Positions 39,151-51,491 of a DNA stretch of 64,000 nt are shown one piece after another. The notes beneath the pieces are model-generated. The model made no database searches. It was not told where the DNA came from and was given only the letters and a program-made list of their open reading frames with translations. Made by a program: the position numbers and the translations under genes. Source of the stretch: Lama guanicoe (taxonomy: Eukaryota); assembly GCA_013239625.1 (NCBI GenBank), contig MU054187.1, forward strand, positions 3,173,757 through 3,237,756, written 5' to 3'. Within the stretch, counting starts at the first letter, position 1. Each line of letters begins with the position of its first letter.

Positions 39151-42100
39151 TGAGTAGGAAAAAAAATTCTTATGATTCTACACTTGGTCAATATGAGAAT
39201 AGAGTCAAGTGAAGCTTTCCTGCTTGTCTGATAATTTCCAAAAATTTGAAAAAAAAGAGCTATAACCCTCTCTCTCTTTAATAAATATTACATATATTTT
39301 ATATATAAACTTATACATATATTTGAATATTAGGGTAATCTCTACCATTTCCTTTTGACATTAAAAACAGAGTGAGATTAAAAGGAAATGATAGATTACC
39401 TTAATATTTTTAAAAAGAAGGTCATAGGGAAGAAATGTTGTCATTACTTAATAACATGCTGCTTATGTAGTACTAAGTTTTATAAAACGAATGTTACTGT
39501 CAGATGGCTATTTCTGCGTTTTGCCATCTTGCTTGGTCAGCTCATCAGTAAGACTATTCCATCAGTAACAGAGCACCTTGGTGCCTCCTTAGGGTCTGCT
39601 GCTCAGATCTTTTCTTGAAGCAGGAAGATTAGACAGACCAGTGGGTAGACAGGTGAATGAATGGGTGGAGGATGATGGCTGGGTAGCTGTTTCCTAAAGA
39701 GTTTCCTGGTAATTTGTCAACCCTGCGACTAAACAGATGTTGTTAAACAGTTAACGTTCTGAAATGCGCTTATTTCATTTCAACCTCAGCGGAGCCTGCC
39801 TGTGGCTTCCTCTGTGTGCAGGGCCACCCTCTAACCTGAGACGCGGTCTGGCTGGTCTAAGGAATGTCTGCAGTGTCGGTATAATGTGCAAGGAGCACAT
39901 TAGCCTAGGCTGAGTTCTTTACTAACAGGAGGGAAGCGGGAGGGAAAAGAAAGGTGGAGAGTGTGCTGGTAGCCAGTGACCCATTTATTTATGAATTTTT
40001 GGCCCCAACCCTGGCTCCACACTAGAATAGCTTCGCTCCAAGAAGTGTGCGAAAAGGGTCAAAGAGCTCCGTGGGGTGTGAGTCTCACATGCTAGGAAGC
40101 GAATTGTAAGAAAGAGAAAATGGGTGTTGGCACGGAAACAGAGGAGAAAAGCTTGGCGATGAGGCATGTAAATTGCCTGAGGATGAGCGTGTTTGGGGGT
40201 AGAAGGCCGTGAGCTGCACCAGGGGCTCTGGCTTTATGTCGCATTCCTGCTCTGAGACCTGGTGCAAGTCACTTAACCTCTCTGGGTCTCGGTGTCTCAA
40301 ATGTAAAGGTCACAAGCTAAACCAGATGACCTCCGGACTCCTGGACAGCACTGTTCTGCCTCGGCGTCCGGGAGTGCCCTGGAGGCGCACAGGGCCAGGC
40401 GAGTGCGCGAGGGGTGGTCTGTGTGTGAGGATACGAATTCAAAGGCAACATCAAACTGAATCTGTCTGATTGCTCGGCTCCGGAGCAACTTGGCCGCCCC
40501 TTGGTATCGTTAGCCAAGTGAGAGCTCTCGAGAAGGGAAGACCCCAAGCACAAGCAGGGAGTGCTGCGAGTCACCTTCCCGGGACCCAAGATTACAGAGC
40601 GTTTCTACTAGTTTCTTAAAGAGTTAGAAAATCACAGAGTTTTTCCCCTGAAGACAACGAAGACGGAAGGAAGAAAGGGGAGGGAGGTGCAAAGAAAATG
40701 AGATCACCTTTTCAGTTTGAGAGTTTGATGTAAAGTTTTCTGGAGGGAAAAACATGGAGACAAGACAATTCTTTGTCCTTATCAGATTAAGAATCAAGGT
40801 TTGTGTTTCTTAGAGGTGTGGCCCTTCCCTGACGCCTGGTGTCCCCAGCTTACCTGCTCAGCTCACTTTTGCATCAGATTTGCTACACACTGTGGGAGGA
40901 GGACCTTGTCCTCAGCCAAGGAAAGCCTTGCTGTGAAAAGCAGAACGCTGTAGGGGAGACGTGTCCCACATCGCTCCCGAGGAGGGCAAAAGACAGTTTG
41001 ATCCAAAGAGCACCAGGACCGATGCAAGTCGCTGAGCACGCGGTGGGGAAGAAGGCCACTGGGTCCATCCAGCTGTTGCCATTTGTTAAGCAAGAAGGTG
41101 AGCAGGAAGTTGTGTTAAAAGCCTGAAAAGTAGAAATACCTGACAGCAAACAACCACCACCACAAAACCTCCAGCAAATGAAGATCAGCTCAGGCAAATC
41201 CTTTTTTTTCCCCTTTGCATTTTGAAGAAAAATCTATCTTCAGAGAGAACTTCTAAATCCAAACCTCTGTTGATTTGCAACCCGCTTGCAAATGAACCAA
41301 CTTATAAATTAAGTTGATGTGAATGATAAGAACAGAGCCTCTCCCCTCCAGGAAAAGAAAAATAAATATGCTCGAATCTAGTCCAACATATATTTTCGCA
41401 CATCTTTACGGTAAAAGCTGCTTAGGATTTATATGTAAAAGCACAACTTCCTATAATGAATGCAAATGATCAATGGTGTGAAAGCCGTGAGGTATTTGCA
41501 AATAACTCTGAATTAAAGTCTCCAAAAGGTTTTCATTTAGCAGGTAGAGAGTGGTCCTAAGTCTGCAAGTTATTGTCTTTTATGTCTATGTCTAAAACTA
41601 TTAATTTTAGGGTAGAAAGAAAATTGCTTTTTAAAACCCAGTTTCAATTATCTACTCCTTTCTGATGAACACTCTCTTAAAACCAGTTTTTTAAAAAATC
41701 AAACAAGAAATACGGCATTTTAAACTGATGCTTACAAGCTGTGTTCTCCTTATGGAAGCTGGTGTAGCCTTAAAGCTGTCAGCTGCGAAAAGCCTTTCTC
41801 AGAGCTCCCCACTCACTGAATAATGCAGTCAGAGGTGCCTCTTTGTGCTGGAGGCTGAGGGCTCAGTGAGAACTGTTTCCATGAAGCATAATTGTTTCTC
41901 AGTTTGTCCCGAGCCGGGAAGGGCAGTTTGGCTCCTGCTCTGAGGGCGGAGTAGAAACTGAAGATGAATATTCAGTTCTTGTCACTCCTCCGCCTTGTCG
42001 CCTTTGGCACAGCTGCTGTTCTTCATGGGACCTGGAATTCCGCTGGGAACAGCTGTGCCTGGAGTGTAAGGAGTCGTCAGGAGGTGCGGCTGCGCGCAGG

Positions 42101-42399
42101 CAGCTGAGAGGCGTGGGGGTCGGGAGACAGCTTGGTGCAGCGCCCTGCGCCTCGAGTTTCCAGTCCACATCTTGCTGTGGTTTGCATTCCCACCCAGGCA
42201 GCCAGGAAGGATGGTGGGATGGAGGGAGAGGCGGCGGAAGGAGGACTCTGTGCAGGAAGCAGAGATGGGAACTGGGCTCCCGTCGGCCTCCGGGTGGAGG
42301 GTGCGGCTCCGGGTGTTAAAGAGTAAGTGTGGTCCAAGGCCTGAGGGTCCTATTTTCAAACAACATCTCAAACGCATCCGGGACCGCTGAGTCTACGCA

Positions 42400-43580
42400 C
42401 ATGGTGCAAGCAAAGGTAGAGGGCTAACTGCCGTCTACAGACCGAAGTCCCCCGCCTGGCCTTTGGGACCACCGAGAGCCTGCGGAAAGGCAGGCTGCGC
42501 CCGACGGCCTCTGAAGTCACTTTTAGCTTTCCGAGTGCGGCCTTCTGAGCCCGTGGCTTTGGATGTGCAGACCCCGCCTCCCGCAGCCGGCAGGAGAGGG
42601 AGTGGCTCGTGCAGGCACAGCTGTCCACAGGCGCCCCCCGCACCCCCGCGCAGCAGGGCCGAGGGCCGCGCTCCCGGGCCCCGAGCGCGCCCTCCGCGGA
42701 GCAGCCCCGGGAGGCAGCGCGGTCGCCGAACGCGCCCCGCGGAGCCCCCGCAGCGCCGCCCGCGGGCTCGGCCGGCCAGGTGCGCGGCCCGCCCCGGTGC
42801 CTTCAGGCGGGAAGGGTGCTTCTCGGTGGGGAACCGTCCAGATAAAGCAGAAGACATCAAGCCTTCCCCGGGCGAGAGTGGGCGCCCGCCTGCCAGCCCG
42901 AATGTGTCCGCCGTTTCCAGGTGGCTGAGCTCTTCATTTCCAGTTTCCGCCTTTGCTTGCTGTGACTGGAAAACCTCATTTTACGCTCTCCGCGTATTGC
43001 GCCGTGATGCGCAGAGCGAGTTGTGAACAAATGCTTTCCCACGGGCCGTGCGCCCAGGAAAGCTGGGCTCGGCAGGGAAAGACACCCACACCTGCTTCAA
43101 TTCTGATTTCTCCATCTTCAGACCCTCGCGTGCTGCCCCCTTGCCTCCGGCTTATCCTGAATACTCTGTGAAAGGACGGAAGGAAAGGGGAATGGACGAT
43201 GTTTCCAATTATCTTTCTCCTGCCTTCATCCCGAGACGACTAGGGCGTCAGAGATTAAGGGGCTTTTTCCCTTAAACTTCCGGCAGAAACCGTCCCCAGC
43301 CAGCGAGGGCAAGACGTGTCCTTGAGTGGGCAAACCGCCTCCCTTGTCCTATTCCGATGAGGACTTTCAGACCTAAACCGCTGGATTTCCAGTTGCTCAG
43401 CCTGACGGTGACGCCGGCAGAGCCACACCCGCTGCCTTCACACGGCCCAGGGTAGAGGAAGCCCAGCTGCCCGGGCCCAGGTCCGCTGCATCGCCTGCCT
43501 GTCTGCACCCGCCGGCACCAGCCCGGGTTTCTCCGGGGGCGGGGGGCGGGGCGCCCGCGAGCGGGACGGTGCCGTCCCCT
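42400..43580. promoter_or_regulatory. Intronic CpG island with GC boxes
   Basis: 42631-42800 has 150/170 G+C (hand count) and dense CpG. GGGGGCGGGGGGCGGGG (two GC boxes) lies at 43535-43551. Function is not shown. Confidence 0.75.
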
Positions 43581-44229
43581 GAGCTCTGTCTACTGTGCAG
43601 TTGCTCTTTTCATTCGTTAATTAGCACATTTATCGAATGTCTATTGTGTGCATGATGGTGTGTGCAGCTCTGTAAAACTCGTCCTAAAAAGGATTCACTT
43701 TTCATTAAAAGTTTATGATGTGACATGATAAACAACGTGACAGAACAAATTTAGAAACGCCGGATTCATCTGGGTGTATTCCAGAACGAACTGCTCCGTT
43801 TTCCAGAGGGGAGGATATAAAATGAAGGGGGGCCCAGAGGGCGTGTCTAGCTCACCCTCCCCACCAAGGGGCCCCTGCTCGAGCCTCTGGTCATTGGGGG
43901 CCGTTCCCACTGCACCGCGGACCCTGCGTTGGAAGGGACCTTAGTGGGTGTCCAGCCCATCACCACCTGACACAGGGTCTCTGAGCAGTTCCTCTGCCCA
44001 CCACGCGCAACCTGAGGGTCCACCATCCCAGCTGGAGGGCTGGTCGTTGCCTCAAGGGTGACGCAGCAAAACTCCTCTCTCCAACGCTGGGCCAGCAGGT
44101 CCCCATTCCCTGTGTGGAGTGCCCTTCCTGGTGCCCTGAGTGTGCTGAACGTTCCCTCCAAACAGGTTACCTGAGTCCACAGGCACAGCTGCCTCCTCAA
44201 GCTGAGCTGCACACGTAACGAGGGTCAGT

Positions 44230-44370
44230 TCAGGTTAAAGAAGCTGTTCACTTCACCGTCTTGTTCTCGTAACCATTTGGTTTAAGTAGACGGCATATAA
44301 ACTGATGAACTACGAGTGCAAAAAGAGAGCTGTTTCTATGAAATCTACACTGAGTGCTTTGGAAAAAGTG
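44230..44370 (+). mobile_element. Tigger (pogo/TcMar) transposase N-terminal remnant
   Basis: gagtgcaaaaagagagctgtttctatgaaatctacactgagtgctttggaaaa translates to KRAVSMKSTLSALEK, resembling the KRxVSMKTKLNALE start of the CENP-B-type HTH in old Tigger elements. Confidence 0.55.
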
Positions 44371-44574
44371 GGTCAGACCAGAGGTCTTAGTTCCCTTCTA
44401 ATCACGTGGTGTCAGGACCCCTCTCCTAGCGCCTGGCGCCTGGCTGGAGGAGGTGGTCTGCGTTGCCCTGGAAGGCTGCGGTCATGAGGGCCGCGCCCCT
44501 GCCGCGTGGCTCTCCTTCCCCTAGTCCCCGCCCGCGTCTGGGGGTTTTGCTGGTGGTCATTAGCTTCTGTGACA

Positions 44575-45150
44575 ATGTGTCAATTAGAATACCATCCCCA
44601 GCCAGGAAAGCAGAACACATGAGGTATTTCTAAAAGAAGGGATTTAAAGCAGGGAGTCCACTCCACAGGTGCTGGGAAGGAAGGAGGACAAAAAGAGGAT
44701 GCGTGTGGAAGCCAGGCATTACTAATCCAAGGAAAAAGCTCCCACCCCTAGGGCTGGAGGTAGGAGGAGAGACGCTCAGATCCCCGGGAATGCCCGGCCT
44801 GGCGAGTGCTGCGTGACCAGAGGGGCCACTGCTGAGGCTGCCCAGGGAAGCATGCCAATTGGTGGCGGAGCGGGGCACAACACAGAAATGTTCTTGCTGC
44901 TCAGGGCCCTGTCCCAGTGCTGCTCCACCTGCCGCGTGGTGAGGCTGTGCCAGGCATGCCGAGGGCCGGACCCAGGAGAGGTCCAATGACAATGGGCTGC
45001 TGACCTGAGCTGGAAGCCAGAAAAACATCTCCTTTCCCCTCCTTTGACCTTCTAACTTCCTGCCAGTGCCACCTCTTGGCAGGACCTGTGGGAAGCCAGC
45101 AATCAAGGAGTTGGGGAAATGCCTGCCAAGGCATGTCTTTCCTTAAATAT
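44575..45150. mobile_element. Old ERVL-type LTR (LTR33/LTR41-like)
   Basis: cagccaggaaagcagaacacatgaggtatttctaaaagaagggatttaaagcaggga...cacaggtgctgggaagg. Confidence 0.45.
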
Positions 45151-45229
45151 CTGACCACAGATCTCAAGTGGTCACTCAACACTGTTCAGCAATCCTACCT
45201 CAGTTCTCCGTGAAATGCCCTTTCTTGCT

Positions 45230-45610
45230 CCAAAACTGTCTCCAACCTTCTTCTGTGTCCTCGCACTGCCAGCTGTCTGCCTCCGTCACTGGGAACTCCT
45301 GGTCTCCCTTCCCATGTCGGTGAGAAAACAGAGGCCAGGAAGCAAGATCTGCTTTATTTTCCCACCGCTAACTCCACTGCTCCACCTGCTTCTGCACCCA
45401 TCGCCCTGGCTTCTCTCTCTTCCCTCGACCCCTCCTCTCCTGTGCTGGGTCCCATGCCCTCTCACCTGCTCAAACATCTTGTTCAGGGAATTATCCTCTC
45501 TCTCTCTCCCGCATTATCAATTTTTCCTTTCTCCTGGATCATTGCCACCACACCTAGACAAGCATGTTGTAATAATTCTCATCTTTGTTAAAAAAAAAAT
45601 CAGCCCACGT
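45230..45610 (+). mobile_element. L2 internal (ORF2) fragment
   Basis: tcccatgccctctcacctgctcaaacatcttg...ctctctctcccgcattatcaatttttcctttctcctggatcattgcca...aagcatgttgtaat matches the L2 RT region. Confidence 0.7.
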
Positions 45611-46959
45611 CAGCTACAACTTTATTACCATAATTAGTGACTATATTTTATTGCTTATCGCTTTCTTTCCTGTTTAGTACTTACTGCATTAAAATAGAAT
45701 TAAAATATGGACACTATTTGTCACCTCCTTTTTTGACAACATGACATGAATAAATGTCCATGACAATGTATGTAATTCTGCATCATTTCTAACAACTGCA
45801 TAATTTACCAATATAGAGATTATCCTTTTTTCCTATTAATTTCCTGTTTTTGAAATTATGTTATCATCTATAGTTGCCATAATAAATAATCCTATGATAA
45901 ACACACTACAAACTAAATCTTTGCAGCCTTAGATATTTCTCAAAAATAAATACCTAAAAGTGAAACGGATTTGAGGTCAAGCTGGGTTTGAGGGCTTTCA
46001 TACATAAAATTGGCAAGTTTAAGGTACATTTCTTAAGAAGAATTCTTCACTGTCACAATGTTCTCATCCAAATGCATAGGACATCAGTGAGGGCAATAAG
46101 TGTGACAGGAGCTGGAATGGGGCAAATCTCTTGAGATTTGGGAAAGAGCTCTCAGCGGTACCCATTGGAATAAGAAGGGTTTAATTCCAAGAAGTGTCCT
46201 AATTTCTCCCCTTGTTTCTGCATTGTACCCACCACATGCACTTCACTGAATCTACTCTATTCAGCAGCAGCAGTTCATTACTGATTAAACGAGCTCTTAA
46301 GAACAGCTTCATCAGAGACTTTTGATCTGAACCAAAATTGTTAGGAAAGCAGACGTAAGTTCCTCAAAGCGCACAAAAATCTGACCCAAGAAAACTTGTA
46401 AAGAGCTAAATCTTACAAAAATGATAAAGTAGTGCCCTCAGCACTGGACTGTTGTGATTTCCCTTGGGTTTATGAATACATTAAACATATTTGGGAGTAC
46501 CGAGTGCGAGGTCCCACCGGGTATTAAAAAAAGGCAGCGTGCCCCCCTCCCAGGCGCTGACAGACTCAGGGGCGGCGGCTGCAGGTGCCGATGCTGCGTC
46601 AGGGCTGTGGCGCGTCCCTCCTGGCGCCGGGAGTCACCGCGCCCCGTTGTGAGCAGTCGGTGGGCGTTGGTCGGATAGAAGGACGAGTCAGGCTGCTGTG
46701 TGACAAAGCAGGCGCGAGGCGTGCCTGATACAAAACCACGTGGCACTGCCCTGCTCTCGAAGAATTCAACCTAATGGAAAAGGAAGATTTATTATAATTC
46801 AATGTGCTCAACCAGTGGGTGGCCATGTTAAGGCCCTTTGGGGACACAGGATGGTCTCTTACGGAAAACCACACAGAGGAAGTAGAAACTCCATGCTGTC
46901 TTTGACGTCAGGGAAGGTTGGAAGAATCGGGCAAGTTTTCATAAAAAGAGTGGCCTTGA

Positions 46960-47076
46960 GGGGGAGGGTACCGCTCAGTGGTCGAGTGCATGCTTCACAC
47001 GTACGAGGTCCTGGGTTCAATACCCTGGACCTCCACTAAAAAAATTTAATAATAAGAATTTTTTTAATTAAAAAAG
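46960..47076 (+). mobile_element. tRNA-derived SINE (camelid vic-1-like)
   Basis: ggggagggtaccgctcagtggtcgagtgcatgct...gtcctgggttcaatacc carries A and B boxes, then an A-rich tail. TSD core aagagtggc at 46946-46954 and 47077-47085. Confidence 0.85.
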
Positions 47077-47524
47077 AAGAGTGGCACACTCCTGAGCTGG
47101 GTCACAAATGGTGCCCAGCATTTGGTCATGTTCAGTAAGGAAAAGAGGGCAGCAAAAACAGCCAGAAGAGGGAAGCCAGAGGTTTTGTCCACGCCTGTCT
47201 GTCCAGCAATGCTGGTGGGTTACAGTGTCCTCAGAGCAATGGGGACGTTGGTGTCACCTATAGCATGTGGTTAGACTTAGTCCTCACGCTTGAGAGATAT
47301 TTCTAGTCTCCGGGTAAATCTTGCATGGATGCTTGAAAAGAAATACCTATTTTTCTGTATTTCTTGAGTTTCAGCCCGTATTTTCACATGGTTCAGTACT
47401 TGGATTTCTCGATAAATCAATCAATGAACTAGTAAACTGCCAGTCTGCTTAGTCAATTCACATATGGAGTTGAGTTTTAAAGAGTCAGCTTCATCAACAG
47501 CCTTGTAAGGAGAGGCTCACGCAC

Positions 47525-47661
47525 CCGACATGGCACGCCGGCCACACTGCACCACTCCTACGTGGCACGCCAGCCCAACCGATGTGGCATGCCAGCCACA
47601 CCGCACCACTCCTACGGGACATGCCGGCCACACCGATGTGGCACGCTGGCCACACCGCACC
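47525..47661. repeat. GC-rich minisatellite, 54-bp unit x ~2.5
   Basis: Units start at 47525, 47579 and 47633 (ccgacatggcacgccggccacac..., ccgatgtggcatgccagccacac..., ccgatgtggcacgctggccacac...). Confidence 0.9.
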
Positions 47662-48320
47662 GTGCCATTGAAAAGTATTGGCAGAGTCAGTGCTGAGTGC
47701 CATGGGGTGATGACATCATCGATCCCTTTATTCCACACTCAGGAGCCTCTGAGTCATGGTGCCGCTCCAAGTTATACTTAGAAGAACAGAGAGAATCTTC
47801 ATTTGCTGATCATTGATTCCAGGGCTTGAAATCAGCTCCGTATGGTAGATCAGCCCCAAGCACAGCTGTGAAGTGTTTTGAATTTGAATCATTTCTAACA
47901 TAATATGAAATAAGGGCCTGACTATTCTTAGGTTCTACTTAATTATCTCCAATAATCAGGCACAAAACTTGGTCTTTTTCCACTCAGTGTTCCTTCCGTC
48001 TCCCCCTCTCCTCCGCGGTGAGATGGGGGGGAGCGTGCATGCGTGTTCAGGGGTCGGGTGACGGGCCAGGTCGTGTGTGTGTGGGGGGTGGTGAACAGAT
48101 AATGTGAGCAATTGCACACGCGTGCCGCTGGAGAGCAGCGACCTGGTGGAAGGTTGCAGAATGGTTGGTGCGACAGAGAAGCAAACAGACAGAAATGCTG
48201 TCTGCAGTGAATGGCGTCCCCAGACACTCACGGGTCCCTTGTCTTTCTTGTGGCTTCCTTGTTTGCCAGCTTCCAACCCACCAACTTTCAGTAATGTGGC
48301 GACACTTAATACCTTCATGG

Positions 48321-48746
48321 TACCGACTTCCAGAGAAAGGCACAACGTAAGGGTTGCGAGCTTAAGTTGTATTCAGGGGACTCACTGAGGACAAGAGCCC
48401 GGGTGACAGCCCGCCAGTGGTCCCCGCCAGGGTGGTAGGGGAGGGGCCTGTATGGACGTGGGTTTTGGCCAGGGAACAGGTGCAGTCTCCCATACGCCCT
48501 GGTGGCGAAGAACAGGTGTCTGTAGTGAATGGTTTTAGTGCGTTTCTATGTATGGAAGACTAGGGTCATTGAGGCTTCCTGAGATGCACAGCCAGCCATC
48601 TCAGTTTTTCCAAAGCTCAGAGAGCCTCATCCTGATTGCATCCTGAACCCCGCCGGGGCGCACCTTCCGTCAGCTCTGCAGTGATGAAGCCTCAATCCTC
48701 GAAGAGCTGGGTGGTGAGCCACGCTCTTTGTTTTTCTTTGTTTACA
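48321..48746 (-). mobile_element. ERV1-class solo LTR (MER41-like, artiodactyl type)
   Basis: gcacaacgtaagggttgcgagcttaagttgtattc...tgaggacaagagcccgggtgacagc...ttttagtgcgtttcta...tttgtttaca. Related to the LTR at 49500. Confidence 0.7.
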
Positions 48747-48884
48747 GAGGGAACAGCAGCCCTCTTGCCTGACCTTTAGCCCAAACGCAGAGCAAATATT
48801 TACTTTGAGTATCAACATACTATAATTATTATTTCTCAACACTAAAAATAACTACCATAAGTAGTAATCAAAATGCTCACTGCA

Positions 48885-49062
48885 GGGGGGAGGGTGCAGC
48901 TCAGTGGCAGAGCGGGTGCTTAGCATGCACAGGGTCCTGGGGTTCAATGCCTAGGACCTCCATATAAGTAAATTAGTTAAATAAATAAATTAACTAATTA
49001 ATTTTTAAAAACTCAATTACCTGCCCCCCAAAAACAGATAAAATAAAGTTTAAAAAAATTTT
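48885..49062 (+). mobile_element. tRNA-derived SINE (camelid vic-1-like)
   Basis: ggggagggtgcagctcagtggcagagcgggtgcttagcatgcacagggtcctggggttcaatgcc...aattacctgcccccc plus an A tail. TSD aatgctcactg (48872-48882) / aatgctccctg (49063-49073). Confidence 0.85.
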
Positions 49063-49499
49063 AATGCTCCCTGAGCAGGAATGAGATCAACTTAATAAAA
49101 TAAGATCAACTTTAAAATAAAATAAAATGAGATAAACTTAATAAAAAATTCATAAGTGGTTTACTATGGTGTTTTCCCAAATAACATTTTTAATATCAAG
49201 CAAAACATATTTTAATGCAAAAAGCACTACTAAAGATTAAATAGATTGACTGTTTCATTCACCATGAAAATATTAAAATTCTATTATTTTCTATATCTAA
49301 TAACACAGCTTCAAGAATACAAAGGGGAAACTGGTGGAATTATGAAGGAGCAGAACTCGCGTGTTCAGGGGACAATGTTAATACAGTTCCCTTCAAAAAT
49401 GATAAATCGAGAAGGAAAAAGGTTAACTAGAAATAAAAGCATTGAATACCACAATTAACACACTTATTCCAATGGCTACATATAGAACTCTAAGTCCAA

Positions 49500-49981
49500 T
49501 GTAGACTGAAATAAACACACAGCCTATGAGACTTATGTTTTATTTGGCGGACAATTGTGAGGACTCATTCTGGGATGACAGCCCCTTAGATGGCTCTGAG
49601 GGGCTGCCCCCAAGAGCCAGGGGAGGAGCCAGGATATACAGGAGCTTTACAAGAAAGACCAGGGAGTTGGAACAATAAAAGGTTCCTCGTCAGCTAAAGA
49701 AAACCAGGCATCTCAAGTTAAAGAATTTAGCACTTTTCCATGTATGGGAGGAAGCAAACATTTGGGCTCATTGTATTCATTCTTTTGACAAGCACCTCAC
49801 TATCTAGGGCTAGTGTCCTGTCCTTTCTTGTTCTGATCCCCTCAGGGTGCACCACTGTGAGTGGCTGCAGAGGCCGGGCTGCAGGCTTGCCTTCACTGGG
49901 GAGGTGGTGGCAGCCGCTGATGACTTGATGGCTTCAACGTTCTTTGTTTACTGATATGGCTTGCAGTATTTTACGTTCACA
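49500..49981 (-). mobile_element. ERV1-class solo LTR (MER41-like) inserted into an old L1 ORF2 fragment
   Basis: TG...CA termini (tgtagact...gttcaca) and a 4-bp TSD ccaa/ccga. AATAAA on the minus strand (tttatt near 49540). The joined flanks read acatatagaactctaagtccaa|caattggcaaaaacacatcatgctcaagc, which resembles the L1 endonuclease region. Confidence 0.75.
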
Positions 49982-51491
49982 CCGACAATTGGCAAAAACA
50001 CATCATGCTCAAGCGATCGACCAAATAACTTTTTTTCTAGGAAGCACAGACACAGCTCCACCATCGGGATTTTCTGACCGAATTCTGATTGGGTGGGTGG
50101 ATGAGGCAAGCGCCCCCCATCACTTAAATAGCTTTCACTGTGAAACCCGCTCGCTCCAGACAGACTTTCGCCATCACACATCGGGCCTAGAAATATTTTG
50201 CATTCGTTGGGCAGACTGGAGAGAGACTGAGTCCTTAGACATGCAAGCTGGCATTTTCTCGATGACTCAGCAGGAGTAAAGAACTGGGGTCATTTCCCGC
50301 TGAATGATTTAAGAAAGGTTTTTCCAGTGCACTGCTCGCTCATGCACAGGGACGTATATGGATGCAATCTAGAGAGATGAGATCCCACCGCACTCTCAAA
50401 GCCAGATGTGAGGAAGAGGAAAAAGGAGGGACTGATTCCATCGGTCTGTAAGCGGTCCTCAGTGCAGAACCACGTGGAGAGTCTCTCCCCCGCGCGCACA
50501 ATGAGCTCCTGATTGCAGGACAGCGCCTGCCTGCCGAGCGCTGCCTGCGGAAGGTTTTGTCAGCACTTTCATTGTGATTCTAAATTTCCACAGCTTTCCA
50601 CTCAGCTGTAGAAAAAGTCTAAGAGTCTGTGAGCCTCAGGAGACTCCAAACCCCCAAAACTTTTTAGCATCCACAATAGTGTCGCTTCCCACACTAGGAC
50701 AGCTCTGCAGGGCGTGAAGTCCTCCAGCGCAGGGCTGAAATGTAGGAATTCCAGTGCGTAGGCTTCTAGAAAGGAGGGTGCCACCAGATTTGTGTTAGCT
50801 AAAACACTGAATTAAGATTCAAATTAAAAAAAAATCTAAAACATATCTCCTAGAATGTAAAAAGGAAACAAATAGTTTTATCGTAGACTTTTGGAATAAA
50901 TGAGTAAATGAATGCATAGGTTTTTTTTAAATCACAGATTTTTGAAAGTCAACATAGATAAGTGAAGCGGCAATAAAAAGCCATTTGAAATAAATTTGAG
51001 TTTTGAAGTGTTTTGTGACCTCAGAAGGAGATTCTTATTCCAAATTTGGAGATGCTAGGGAATTTTATGAAAGAGGGAGTATTGGAACTTAAAGAATGAG
51101 TGGAATGATTCTGAATGTAGAAATGGGAGGCAGATCTGCTGGGCCCTGAGGAGGGAGTCGGAGTGCAAAGAGCACGTGTTGTGACACTGCCAACCCCAAG
51201 AAATCAGGGGGGAATAACGTGAACTTGATCCTGAAGCTTAAGGGTCCTGAACATCACTCTTGGGTCTTAATGTCCAGCAACACATCTCTCAACAATAGGC
51301 TACAACGTCTTAATTAGGACCTGAAAGAAGTCTCCATTAATTATCACACTACTGGCCGAACAAACATTATTTGTTGAGTTCCTCTCCATGGCAGGCATTG
51401 ATTTGGACACTAGAAAGAGGAAGAGGACCAAGACCAGTCAGTGAAGCAGAGGAAGTAAGAGAGAAGTGGGGAGATCAGAAGAGACAAGGAA

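Noticed and set aside
42435..43026. Overlapping long ORFs (187, 141 and 121 aa) in the CpG island
   Set aside because: R/P/A/G-rich low-complexity translations are open on both strands, as expected from stop-codon scarcity at very high GC. No recognisable domain.
47525..47661. Repeat-spacer-like pattern suggesting a CRISPR array
   Set aside because: The apparent spacers are themselves repeated, the context is a mammalian intron, and there are no cas genes. It is a minisatellite.
50518..50527. GGACAGCGCC, right half of a REST/NRSE site
   Set aside because: The left half (TTCAGCACC) is absent at the canonical spacing.
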